Shown one piece after another: positions 1 through 8,003 of a stretch of 64,000 bases of DNA; the stretch's first letter is position 1; each line of letters starts with the position of its first letter. Below the pieces are notes generated by a model. The model did not search any database. It was not told the origin of the DNA and saw only the letters and a list, made by a program, of their open reading frames with translations. The stretch spans positions 160,001 to 224,000 of IMG/VR virus record IMGVR_UViG_3300024331_000007; one strand, written 5' to 3'. Both the position numbers and the translations under genes were made by a program. This DNA is from a virus (Duplodnaviria; Caudoviricetes).

Positions 1-85
1 TTCATAAATTTCTGTCTGTGCCTGTTTTAGTCTTTCAATTAAAATGTCAACTGCTGTTTTCGCTTCCATTGTTGGACCTCAATTC

Positions 86-328
86 TTAATATTTGGGTGG
101 TATCCTGAATCTTTTTGCGTCTTTAGCTTGCTCTTTTCTCGCTTTCAAATCGTATATCAATGCCAGAATCAAGCCAATCACTGTGAAGAAAGGAATTTGA
201 ATTGCCAGTAATGACCAGCTAATTGTAATACTGCAAATTAGCATTATTATCAGACCTGCTACAAACATTACAAGTGAACTAAAAAGCCAAGGAAAAATGA
301 TCTGATGGTTTCTATTCAAAAAATTCAT
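86..328 (-). CDS. small membrane protein (2 TM)
   Basis: ORF track; two hydrophobic stretches; overlaps neighbour in operon. Confidence 0.6.
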   Translation of the reverse strand: MNFLNRNHQIIFPWLFSSLVMFVAGLIIMLICSITISWSLLAIQIPFFTVIGLILALIYDLKARKEQAKDAKRFRIPPKY

Positions 329-528
329 TTCTGCTTCTTCGAAGCTATCGGATGAACGGATTCATGAGCCGACAATGTGAAAAATATGCCGCTTGCAAAA
401 GAAGATAGACCGAGCATAACCACAAGAACAATTCCATGATGAGGAATATGTAGCAACGGTCCTGCTAAAATTCCAGAAAGCAAAGCAAAACACATCCATC
501 CAATCAAATATTTTAGTTCCTTGCTCAT
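325..528 (-). CDS. small membrane protein
   Basis: ORF track; hydrophobic; ATGA overlap. Confidence 0.6.
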   Translation of the reverse strand: MSKELKYLIGWMCFALLSGILAGPLLHIPHHGIVLVVMLGLSSFASGIFFTLSAHESVHPIASKKQK

Positions 529-531
529 GTA

Positions 532-858
532 TTACTTCTTTCTGTTCTTTGCGCTTTCTTTCTCAAGTTGCGTCACAAGTTTGTGAATGCGTCGTCCTGC
601 TTCTTTTCGTTCGACGCCCAATTTTCTTAAATTAAGCCACGAATTTTTACAATCTCCACTGCCCCAACATTTATCACAAATGTCTGGGGTCATTGCCGTT
701 GAAGCAATAAAAGCGTCCTTTTGCCAAGTCGCCCCACTACCATATAATTTGTATCCTGATCCATTGCAATGATTACATGGATGTTGAACTACTTGCTCTC
801 TCATAAAACCTTTCAGTACGTATGTTTGTGTTCTCTTTGAGTATAATAAGGTTTTCAA
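532..858 (-). CDS. DnaJ-type zinc-finger protein (likely start at MREQ)
   Basis: CNHCNGSG and CDKCWGSG = two CxxCxGxG motifs. Confidence 0.6.
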   Translation of the reverse strand: MKTLLYSKRTQTYVLKGFMREQVVQHPCNHCNGSGYKLYGSGATWQKDAFIASTAMTPDICDKCWGSGDCKNSWLNLRKLGVERKEAGRRIHKLVTQLEKESAKNRKK

Positions 859-868
859 GAGTTGTCAA
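840..868 (-). promoter_or_regulatory. sigma70 early promoter
   Basis: TTGACA-17-TATACT. Confidence 0.85.
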
Positions 869-876
869 GGAAAAAC

Positions 877-947
877 AGGGATGGTTGCGGAATTGAACCG
901 CAAATTATTTGATGCAACAAGTTAATATTAACGGTCCACGCCATCCC
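877..947 (-). ncRNA. tRNA-like RNA / degenerate tRNA (GCA, Cys-like)
   Basis: Acceptor GGGATGG/CCATCCC; T-arm TTGCGG-TTCAATT-CCGCAA; weak D and anticodon arms; no encoded CCA. Confidence 0.55.
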
Positions 948-951
948 TGCA

Positions 952-959
952 TATTTATA
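952..959 (-). promoter_or_regulatory. T4-type late promoter
   Basis: TATAAATA 5 nt upstream of the tRNA-like element. Confidence 0.65.
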
Positions 960-1080
960 AAAACAAATATAGGAATCGACACCACGCCCAAACATAGCCA
1001 GAGATAACGAAGAATGCCGCGCCAGTCAGAACAACCAGCGCGGATTCCAGTTTGGTCATATGCTCAAAATGCAACTTCAT
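955..1080 (-). CDS. 41-aa membrane peptide (not in ORF track)
   Basis: Hand translation MKLHFEHMTKLESALVVLTGAAFFVISGYVWAWCRFLYLFL; SD GAAAGGA. Confidence 0.5.
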   Translation of the reverse strand: MKLHFEHMTKLESALVVLTGAAFFVISGYVWAWCRFLYLFL

Positions 1081-1091
1081 ATGATCCTTTC

Positions 1092-1886
1092 TTATTCATA
1101 AGATTCTAATGCCGCCAATAGAGGTTCAATTGGCGATGCATAAAAACCAGACGAGTTGAGACAGTTGAACTCAACCACTTTGTATGTTCCATCTGCCATT
1201 AGGGCAATGTCCATCACAATATTCTGAGATGGCATCCACTCTTGTGCCATTCGGTTCGCCTGAATCCAAACCGCTTCAGAAATTGGCTCACGAATACGAA
1301 GCAAACCATCATGCTTGTATTGAGAACCTGTTACGACTTTACCGTTCACGATAAAGAAACGCCACTCCTGAACGATCTTTTGAACTGGACTGATTACGAG
1401 TCGGTCATCATCCTTCAGATGCTCATTCTCAATCATCCACCACTCTCTATCGCTAATGGTCGGAGAAGTTCGAGAATCATACTCAAGAACCATTCCAGTC
1501 AGGACTTTCGGATCGGCAGACTTGATGAAGACTGGCTCTGTAATCCAATTCTTCCTAAGGTCACCAACAGTCAGGTAAGACTGAGCCTCGTTCAAAAGGT
1601 CTGGGCGTTTGCCAACCCAATTTTGTGGATCAAACCATGCGTTAGTGAAGAACACACCCGGCTTGATTGGAAGATGTTCAGCAATTTCAACAAGACGAGT
1701 GCTGCCGTAAAACATTGTCGGACCCGACACATCTATATCGTCCATGCCAACAATGTTGTCTGTGAATGGGATAACACCAATTGCGTGACGAGTGCTACCG
1801 CGCTTGTCAATGGCCTCAACCAATGGCGCGACATTATTGTCCAGACACGCGAACGTGACGCCAGAGTTTTGAATTAGCCATTTCAT
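1092..1886 (-). CDS. ATP-grasp domain protein (DUF4343/R2K-like)
   Basis: FIKS, EWRFFIVNGKVVTGSQY, MDIA...VVEFNCLNSSGFY; start at MKWLIQ. Confidence 0.75.
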   Translation of the reverse strand: MKWLIQNSGVTFACLDNNVAPLVEAIDKRGSTRHAIGVIPFTDNIVGMDDIDVSGPTMFYGSTRLVEIAEHLPIKPGVFFTNAWFDPQNWVGKRPDLLNEAQSYLTVGDLRKNWITEPVFIKSADPKVLTGMVLEYDSRTSPTISDREWWMIENEHLKDDDRLVISPVQKIVQEWRFFIVNGKVVTGSQYKHDGLLRIREPISEAVWIQANRMAQEWMPSQNIVMDIALMADGTYKVVEFNCLNSSGFYASPIEPLLAALESYE

Positions 1887-1899
1887 TGAATTGCCTTTC

Positions 1900-2148
1900 T
1901 TATTTCTGTTCGGCCAGCACATCAGCGAAATATGCCATCCACCACCAATCGGGGATTCGGTCAAATTCGCAGTATTCGTCTGGATCAGATGAGTTGCGAC
2001 GATTTATGTCTTTCTCAAGTTCCAGCTTATCTTCATCTGAAATGCCGTTGAACATTGTTTTGTCCGTATCGTTACAACCATGATTGCCATACGTTTCAGA
2101 TGCCATATCAAGCAATCGAGACGCCAACAAAAATCCACCCTTGTTCAT
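1900..2148 (-). CDS. hypothetical protein
   Basis: ORF track; SD AGGAAACGCA. Confidence 0.6.
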   Translation of the reverse strand: MNKGGFLLASRLLDMASETYGNHGCNDTDKTMFNGISDEDKLELEKDINRRNSSDPDEYCEFDRIPDWWWMAYFADVLAEQK

Positions 2149-2160
2149 TGCGTTTCCTTT

Positions 2161-2370
2161 CTACTCAAAAGACCAATATCTAACTCGGCGTTTACGAATA
2201 CGAAAACCGTCTATCCTGAAGTTGTCAACAAAAAAGTCAGATATAGTCCACCACAGCAGACAACCAATTGCCCACACGCCAATACATATCGCCGCTAAAA
2301 GAATTAAGAAGCTAATGCCTAAGATAATATCAAATATGATTGTGAGTATTGGTGCAATGATGTCAAACAT
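2161..2370 (-). CDS. small membrane protein
   Basis: ORF track; hydrophobic N-half. Confidence 0.55.
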   Translation of the reverse strand: MFDIIAPILTIIFDIILGISFLILLAAICIGVWAIGCLLWWTISDFFVDNFRIDGFRIRKRRVRYWSFE

Positions 2371-2390
2371 GAAATGCCTTTCTGAGAGGT

Positions 2391-2465
2391 TGGTAGCCGA
2401 CCCCAGATTTGAACTGAGATAGCTAGTTTCGAAGACTAGCGTCCTATCCGTTGGACGAATCGGCC
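2391..2465 (-). tRNA. tRNA-Arg(TCG)
   Basis: Cloverleaf; CTAGT-CTTCGAA-ACTAG; GTTCAAAT T-loop; encoded CCA. Confidence 0.92.
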
Positions 2466-2472
2466 ATAAATT

Positions 2473-2547
2473 TGGTAGGCAATGAAGGAATCGAACCTTC
2501 GTCTACGATTTAGAAGATCGTCGTCCTGTCCGTTGAACGAATCGCCC
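2473..2547 (-). tRNA. tRNA-Arg(TCT)
   Basis: Cloverleaf; ACGAT-CTTCTAA-ATCGT; GTTCGATT; encoded CCA. Confidence 0.93.
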
Positions 2548-2557
2548 ATAAAACTAT

Positions 2558-2917
2558 TTATGCGATGCTGAAATACATCAGAATCACATATAAAACTTTA
2601 CATCCATAGTGAAGTGCCTGATCGGTAGTAAAGCCAAATCTGCCGTCACACTTCAAAAAGTCAATGAACATATGTAAAACAAGTTCAAGCATTGCCAAAA
2701 ATAAACTGCCTGTTACAAGCCCGACCATACCTGCATGAATCAGAGCATGACTTAACAGCATGATCTGCCACGAATAGCCGGGAATCGGATTCTTGTGATT
2801 CTTCCCTTTTGAGAGAAACTCGCCCTGTAAAGGAAAATCGCAAATTTCATGTCCGACAATCAACCAAAATAGAATTGGCATTAGTTCCTCACGGGGTATT
2901 TCCAAATTCCCCATCAA
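2558..2917 (-). CDS. DUF3307-like membrane protein
   Basis: GHxxxDFPLQ, HALIH, HMFIDFLK, DQALH His/Asp pattern. Confidence 0.75.
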   Translation of the reverse strand: MMGNLEIPREELMPILFWLIVGHEICDFPLQGEFLSKGKNHKNPIPGYSWQIMLLSHALIHAGMVGLVTGSLFLAMLELVLHMFIDFLKCDGRFGFTTDQALHYGCKVLYVILMYFSIA

Positions 2918-3101
2918 GCCAGTTGATAGCCGGGATTACTACTGCAAAGCCAAAAATGACGTTGATTATAATCCCCAGAACGCCTGTAAAATCATACCAC
3001 CATTGATTGTTCCACACATATTGCATGTGATCATACCACAGGTTGACGTAAATCAGTACAATTGTTGAAACGAGAAGAAAAATCCATGTGCTCAGTTTCA
3101 T
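2889..3101 (-). CDS. small membrane protein
   Basis: ORF track; 2 TM. Confidence 0.55.
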   Translation of the reverse strand: MKLSTWIFLLVSTIVLIYVNLWYDHMQYVWNNQWWYDFTGVLGIIINVIFGFAVVIPAINWLDGEFGNTP

Positions 3102-3154
3102 CAGTGTATAATGCTCCCCGACATTGTTGAAACGGTATTCATAAAACCCTTTCT

Positions 3155-3415
3155 TTATTCGCTTACAATTTCGCTCGGTGCCTCGCTAGTCGGTTCGCTT
3201 ACCTCAGATGGTTTCTGAATCAAATGTAGTAACCAATTCACTACTAAAATCGAGGTTGTCACAAAGCTAATAAAAGCAAAAACATAGCACCAAATCAAGG
3301 TCAGTCTAAACCACCAAGCCGTTGAAATTGGTTCGGAAAAAGTATACATCCAGCACAACAAATATGAAAATCCTATCGAACTGGCAGGCAATAATGTCAA
3401 CAAATACTTTTTCAT
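3155..3415 (-). CDS. small membrane protein
   Basis: ORF track; SD GAGAGG; 2 TM. Confidence 0.6.
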   Translation of the reverse strand: MKKYLLTLLPASSIGFSYLLCWMYTFSEPISTAWWFRLTLIWCYVFAFISFVTTSILVVNWLLHLIQKPSEVSEPTSEAPSEIVSE

Positions 3416-3431
3416 GGTAACCTCTCAAAGT

Positions 3432-3524
3432 TGGTAGGGGATGAGTGATTCGAACACTCCCGTTGCACCAATCTAGTGCTCTCCAGTGTTTATAAGGCAC
3501 CGCCGCACACCAATGCTATCCCCC
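3432..3524 (-). tRNA. tRNA with TAT anticodon (nominal Ile) and long variable arm
   Basis: GGGGGAT/ATCCCCT-A-CCA; T-arm GAGTG-TTCGAAT-CACTC; loop CTTATAA; V-arm stem GCAC(TA)/(TG)GTGC; 93 nt. Confidence 0.8.
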
Positions 3525-3555
3525 ACAAATTGTTGATACTGCTACCAATATAACA

Positions 3556-3584
3556 AGTATACCATTTGGTAGCAACTCTGTCAA
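3556..3584 (-). promoter_or_regulatory. sigma70 promoter for the tRNA(TAT), overlapped by a 9-bp inverted repeat
   Basis: TTGACA-17-TATACT; TGCTACCAA (3540-3548)...TTGGTAGCA (3566-3574). Confidence 0.8.
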
Positions 3585-3733
3585 TAACTATTTATCTGTG
3601 ATTCCTAACGCCTTGATGTTTATTACTGTGAATATATTATTCTGCGTATCATAGATAAGTATGTCTCCCGGTTTAGAATGAGACATAATCTCAACAATTG
3701 CTTCATTCAATATACCAACCTCGCGCATATTTT

Positions 3734-4045
3734 CTAACATTTGGGCATGTTGTTCTTCGCTGCGAAGTCGAAGTATTGGTTCAAATCGTCGCGCATTATC
3801 ATTGGTGATATGAATGCCAGCACGTAGATGACAATGTAAAATGAAACTATACCAGCAAACCAGCCAATGATCTTAACAACACTATCCTTTCTTTTCTTTG
3901 GAATGCTGTTTTTCTTAGCAGTATCGTATTCAACCAAGCAATAGTCGCACATGCGAATGTTATCTTCGATATTCTCGTTTCCTCTTACTCCGCCTTTTGC
4001 ACCGCGACAAATCTCACAGTTGTCCAATTCTTTAGTCATTCTCAT
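3734..4045 (-). CDS. Zn-ribbon plus TM phage protein
   Basis: CEIC/CDYC followed by hydrophobic helix. Confidence 0.55.
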   Translation of the reverse strand: MRMTKELDNCEICRGAKGGVRGNENIEDNIRMCDYCLVEYDTAKKNSIPKKRKDSVVKIIGWFAGIVSFYIVIYVLAFISPMIMRDDLNQYFDFAAKNNMPKC

Positions 4046-4406
4046 TCCTATCTATACTTTCAAGATATCTGCACCAATCGCCATCTCCCCAATCAGTCAT
4101 TGTATCAGACGAAACTACTGGCTGCACAAGTTTGTGAGTTCTCTCAAAAATATCTGGTTTTACTGGATAAAATTCTCCAGCATCTCCCTTGACAATCCAA
4201 TCGTCCTTAGATGCATGCATATCACCATCCAAAGTTCTTATTGTAAGATCGCCATAATAATACATCACTGGAGGGTCTTGGCCGCTCAAAGGGTCAAACT
4301 TTGTTTCAGCATTTATCCAATCAATAATTTCTTGAGCATTTTGATATGTTTGCTTGAATTGAATAGCATCGACAATGATTGGAACTTTACGGAATCTTTG
4401 GATCAT
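4032..4406 (-). CDS. conserved phage protein (TLxG-DM-GD-GEFYP family)
   Basis: RFRKVPIIVDAIQF...IRTLDGDMHASKDDWIVKGDAGEFYPVKPDIF. Confidence 0.75.
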   Translation of the reverse strand: MIQRFRKVPIIVDAIQFKQTYQNAQEIIDWINAETKFDPLSGQDPPVMYYYGDLTIRTLDGDMHASKDDWIVKGDAGEFYPVKPDIFERTHKLVQPVVSSDTMTDWGDGDWCRYLESIDRNEND

Positions 4407-4723
4407 GAGATTTTCCTTCCAATATCATTATACCACTGAACCAATTATTATTTTTCTTTTTCTTTGTGAATGGTATGATATGCGTTTGGAAAATGTAATT
4501 TGGTCAATTCCATCCCATCATCGTCGCCTTCAATTTGCGGATATTTTTCAAACAAACGAACGCATTGTTTACAAGTCTGTGATAATCCCTGTCGTAGATT
4601 ACACCAAATATGATGGCAGTCCATAAATCATCCTTAATAGATTTGTGACTTATTTATCTTGACTAGGTTACAATAGGAGAAACCTTCGTCACCAAATCAG
4701 CGTTCAATAAAGTGACCTTCGTT

Positions 4724-5050
4724 TTAAACCTTTTGAGTTCCTCTGAGACGAGGAATCATCCAATCCGCCAATATAAATCTATTTGAAAGTTGCCACGCAT
4801 CTTTGACTTGAGGTTCGCAAAATCTTTTATCGATTCCCGGCCAATCCTGAAATACGGCTGACCATGCTTCGTTCTCAGTTTTAGCGTCTACCATAGCAAC
4901 AATGGTATTATATTCCTTATCCTTGCTATGGAAACCGCTTCCTGAACACCACCAACCCAAAATTGCTTCATTGGGAGGATACGTTAACGGCCTGTAATCC
5001 TCGTCGTAGCAATACCATGACATCCAGTACCTATTCATTTTTGGCCCCAC
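4724..5050 (-). CDS. hypothetical phage protein
   Basis: ORF track; Trp-rich. Confidence 0.65.
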   Translation of the reverse strand: MGPKMNRYWMSWYCYDEDYRPLTYPPNEAILGWWCSGSGFHSKDKEYNTIVAMVDAKTENEAWSAVFQDWPGIDKRFCEPQVKDAWQLSNRFILADWMIPRLRGTQKV

Positions 5051-5538
5051 TGCTTTTCTGCTATAACAACTTTAAGATGCTGAATCAATTCATCCATTGA
5101 ATCTACTACAGGCATTCCGTTAAGGTGAGCAGTAATTTCGACATTCGCTTTACGATAAAATCCCGGCTCACAAAGTACAATACCCGGCTTGTTAATGTAT
5201 TGTCCCAATTCCAACAGAGTGATTGGAGATTTACTTTCAGCAGTCATCACGAAAACTCGATAGTCGGCAACTTTCAAGTAATGTTGTTCCCACGTAACCT
5301 GTGCCACAAATTCAGAATTGTCCAAATCCTGTTTCCAATTTTTATCCCAATTGTCGCGGCGGGGATTGTACAGAATAACACGATAATCATTTAATGCTGT
5401 GACTAAATTTTTCTGCCAATCCCAAACTGCTCCCTGATCGATACTGCCGCCTAAGAAAATACTGAATGTTCCTATACGATCAAATGGTTGAAGCTTCTCT
5501 GGAGCCTTTACTTCCTTCATTAAAATATCTCCTTGCAA
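5035..5538 (-). CDS. nucleoside 2-deoxyribosyltransferase-like protein
   Basis: IFLGGSI...WQ, YNPRR, QVTWE, SPITLLELG motifs. Confidence 0.85.
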   Translation of the reverse strand: MQGDILMKEVKAPEKLQPFDRIGTFSIFLGGSIDQGAVWDWQKNLVTALNDYRVILYNPRRDNWDKNWKQDLDNSEFVAQVTWEQHYLKVADYRVFVMTAESKSPITLLELGQYINKPGIVLCEPGFYRKANVEITAHLNGMPVVDSMDELIQHLKVVIAEKQWGQK

Positions 5539-5796
5539 TACGGTACATTAACAGGATTCGAGATTCGGGCCGCTTCTCGTATTCTGCCACATTTCGGACA
5601 GGTGTAAACTGCCGCAGGAAAACTGTAATTGCATGGGATGGTAAACAGTCCAAACAAAACTTTTCGTCTTCCCTTACATAAAATAAGTGTTCTCATTTCC
5701 AATCATCCTCATCTTTTTCCTTAATATGGCGATAATACGAAACACCAACCACAAGAATAAAAAGCACAAATGCCACATTCCCAATCTGATCTGGTG

Positions 5797-6126
5797 TCAT
5801 CGCGGAGTTCTGAGCCTCGCCAATCTATAAAGTTCTTTCAATTGCTCAATATGATAATTTGCTTCATGAACTGACATTGGACTACTCAGTTCTGGATGAC
5901 ATTTTTCTCGACTTGTATAAACAGGGTATTCATCTTCATAGAATCCCCAAATCTCATTGCTATGCGAAATTACTAAATCTTTTTGGAGTTCCTTGATGTG
6001 ATATGCAAGGGATTCGACAAATTTTCTGGGCAAAACAATAACTTCTTGTTTCTCGTCTGCCGCATCCAGAAAAGTTTGGATTGGATCATCACTCCAGAAT
6101 TGATTAATGTCCCGCTTTCTCGGCAT
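5797..6126 (-). CDS. hypothetical protein
   Basis: ORF track. Confidence 0.6.
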   Translation of the reverse strand: MPRKRDINQFWSDDPIQTFLDAADEKQEVIVLPRKFVESLAYHIKELQKDLVISHSNEIWGFYEDEYPVYTSREKCHPELSSPMSVHEANYHIEQLKELYRLARLRTPR

Positions 6127-6325
6127 CGCGGCTCGCTTTCCTTTGTTCTTTTTGGATTTGCTTATACGCCTTTTTGCAGGGTGTCACGATCCATGCATCA
6201 ACCCACCAAATAACCAAACCAATTACAACACCATTCCAAAAACCATCCCACCACTGTGTATTAAAATCTATCATATTTGTTTACCTGCTTTCATGAATGA
6301 GACTATGGCATACGAGTTTGGGACA

Positions 6326-6364
6326 TAAACAAACTCCAGTCTTTATTGTAGCAAGAACTGGAGT
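6326..6364 (-). terminator. intrinsic terminator downstream of tRNA-Lys
   Basis: ACTCCAGT stem followed by TTTGTTT on minus strand. Confidence 0.55.
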
Positions 6365-6383
6365 CGTGTACAAATTGAATTTT

Positions 6384-6459
6384 TGGTGGATGCGGCAGGG
6401 ATCGAACCTGCGACAAACTGATTAAGAGTCAGCTACTCTACCAACTGAGTTACGCATCC
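6384..6459 (-). tRNA. tRNA-Lys(CTT)
   Basis: Canonical cloverleaf; GCTGA-CTCTTAA-TCAGT; CCA. Confidence 0.95.
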
Positions 6460-6461
6460 AT

Positions 6462-6644
6462 TTAAACTTTCAGTGATTCTCGTATCTTCCAATATATTAG
6501 CAAAACTAGATTTGCTTCGCAAGCCACAACCAAAGATTTAACTATAGCAATACAAATGGTTGTGTGGAGAATCAATAAATTATACGCGAGTACGAACACT
6601 ATGCCAGCGGCACATGCTTGAAACCAATCCTTTACTTTAAACAT
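6462..6644 (-). CDS. small membrane protein
   Basis: ORF track; hydrophobic. Confidence 0.5.
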   Translation of the reverse strand: MFKVKDWFQACAAGIVFVLAYNLLILHTTICIAIVKSLVVACEANLVLLIYWKIRESLKV

Positions 6645-6890
6645 GTGATAAACCTATGCAAGATGAAGTGCTTGGATGGTTCACAAGCTATGCATCTATT
6701 TATCGTTTCTATGAATCAAGAGTAGAAAAGAAGTCACTCCTTCTTCGTTTAAACTGCTTGAATCTTGGAAATTTTCCATGTTGGCGTTCAGCAAGAAAGT
6801 TTCCAAGAAACTGGTTACCTAAAACAAAACAAATACCAAGGACCGCTCCAATCACAATTGAATTTGGATCGATAGTCATTCAGCCCTTTC

Positions 6891-7145
6891 TCACAGACTC
6901 ACTTGTTTTGTTACCAGTTCGCCACATCCCAAACAAGTATTTGTGTAGGTTGTGCGAATCGCTCTGATAGTTCTCGGTTGATGCTTTTCGCCAACAGTAT
7001 ACAGCCATGGTGTCAAATCATTTTCCGCATCATACACATTCACTGATCCTATCTCTTTCCATTTGGAAGGATCGTATGAATGACGGTGAAATAACCGCGC
7101 AAAAATTTCTTTCATTCCGTAACCTCTGGCGCTAATTTGAACCAC
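6891..7145 (-). CDS. hypothetical protein
   Basis: ORF track; CxxC near C-terminus. Confidence 0.55.
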   Translation of the reverse strand: MVQISARGYGMKEIFARLFHRHSYDPSKWKEIGSVNVYDAENDLTPWLYTVGEKHQPRTIRAIRTTYTNTCLGCGELVTKQVSL

Positions 7146-7375
7146 ATATGAACGTATTTCATGTGAAAAACTTGTGTTTGCTGAATGCCGTCAACATCCC
7201 AAATCTTCACTGTCATATAACGGCCATCTGGAGTATCGTACAGAACATACCACAAAGCCTCGGCTGTACGAGTAACAATCGACTTGTGTTGTTCCAAAGC
7301 CTCTTCGGTCACATGGAACAACTTCTCAAACTCAACTTCTGAAAATTTACGAGGGCCTACAACAAGAGTACTCAT
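7112..7375 (-). CDS. hypothetical protein
   Basis: ORF track; overlapped operon. Confidence 0.6.
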   Translation of the reverse strand: MSTLVVGPRKFSEVEFEKLFHVTEEALEQHKSIVTRTAEALWYVLYDTPDGRYMTVKIWDVDGIQQTQVFHMKYVHMWFKLAPEVTE

Positions 7376-7557
7376 AGTTTTACGCCTTCATTCATCTTCT
7401 CGCGAAAAATTTCCTCGGCCTTTTCAGGAGACATGGCAATCAGCATAGACGCACGATTGACAGCTTCGGTGATCTTTTCAACAACGCCAATTTCACGAGC
7501 CTTTTGCAAAGCCTCACGCGCTGCCTTCTCAAACGATGGATTTGACATTTGCTTCAT
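7372..7557 (-). CDS. hypothetical protein
   Basis: ORF track; SD AGGAG. Confidence 0.6.
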   Translation of the reverse strand: MKQMSNPSFEKAAREALQKAREIGVVEKITEAVNRASMLIAMSPEKAEEIFREKMNEGVKL

Positions 7558-7573
7558 TTAGCCCTACTCCTTT

Positions 7574-7906
7574 TTACAGAATATCGTAGTCACGCCAAAC
7601 GCGAACACCAAAAACATTTTCCTTGCTGCCGTGGTAACCGTTTTTATAACCAGCCTTCATAATAACTCGGACATTTTCACGAGTTGCACGGTTACGAATC
7701 AAATTCATCACAGGTTTAATTTCACTTGCAACAGGAACTGGTACAAAGAAACTATCAGATGTGCCAGCCCTCATTTTCTTAAAAGGCATCTGCGCCAATC
7801 CAACGAGATTTCGGGCGCGAGTCGGTCGTTCTTTTGATTCGAGTTCAAACATCTTTAGCCTTTCATCTTCCAATAGTATATCGAAGTTTGGCCTGAATGT
7901 CAACAA
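7574..7906 (-). CDS. hypothetical protein
   Basis: ORF track; C-terminal GVRVWR. Confidence 0.6.
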   Translation of the reverse strand: MLTFRPNFDILLEDERLKMFELESKERPTRARNLVGLAQMPFKKMRAGTSDSFFVPVPVASEIKPVMNLIRNRATRENVRVIMKAGYKNGYHGSKENVFGVRVWRDYDIL

Positions 7907-7934
7907 AAAGCTGGAGTCAAATTCGACTCCAGCC
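7905..7934 (-). terminator. intrinsic terminator
   Basis: GCTGGAGTC/GACTCCAGC stem plus TTTTT. Confidence 0.8.
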
Positions 7935-8003
7935 TAAATACAGCAAATTCAGTAACTTAAAGGTTAAAAACAGGATATCATAACCAGTTTCATTTGTCAA
8001 GTA

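Noticed and set aside
1242-1877. 211-aa plus-strand ORF
   Set aside because: Antisense shadow of the ATP-grasp gene; no motifs or SD.
3432-3524. Classifying the TAT tRNA as an allo-tRNA or tRNA-Sec type
   Set aside because: The acceptor/T stems fold as 7/5, not 8/4, 9/3 or 8/5.
6645-6705. TAAATA followed by an ATGCA..GCTTG/CAAGC..TGCAT hairpin upstream of ORF 6462 and tRNA-Lys
   Set aside because: Single copy, modest stability and no similarity to the GIY-YIG leader motif; not distinguishable from chance.
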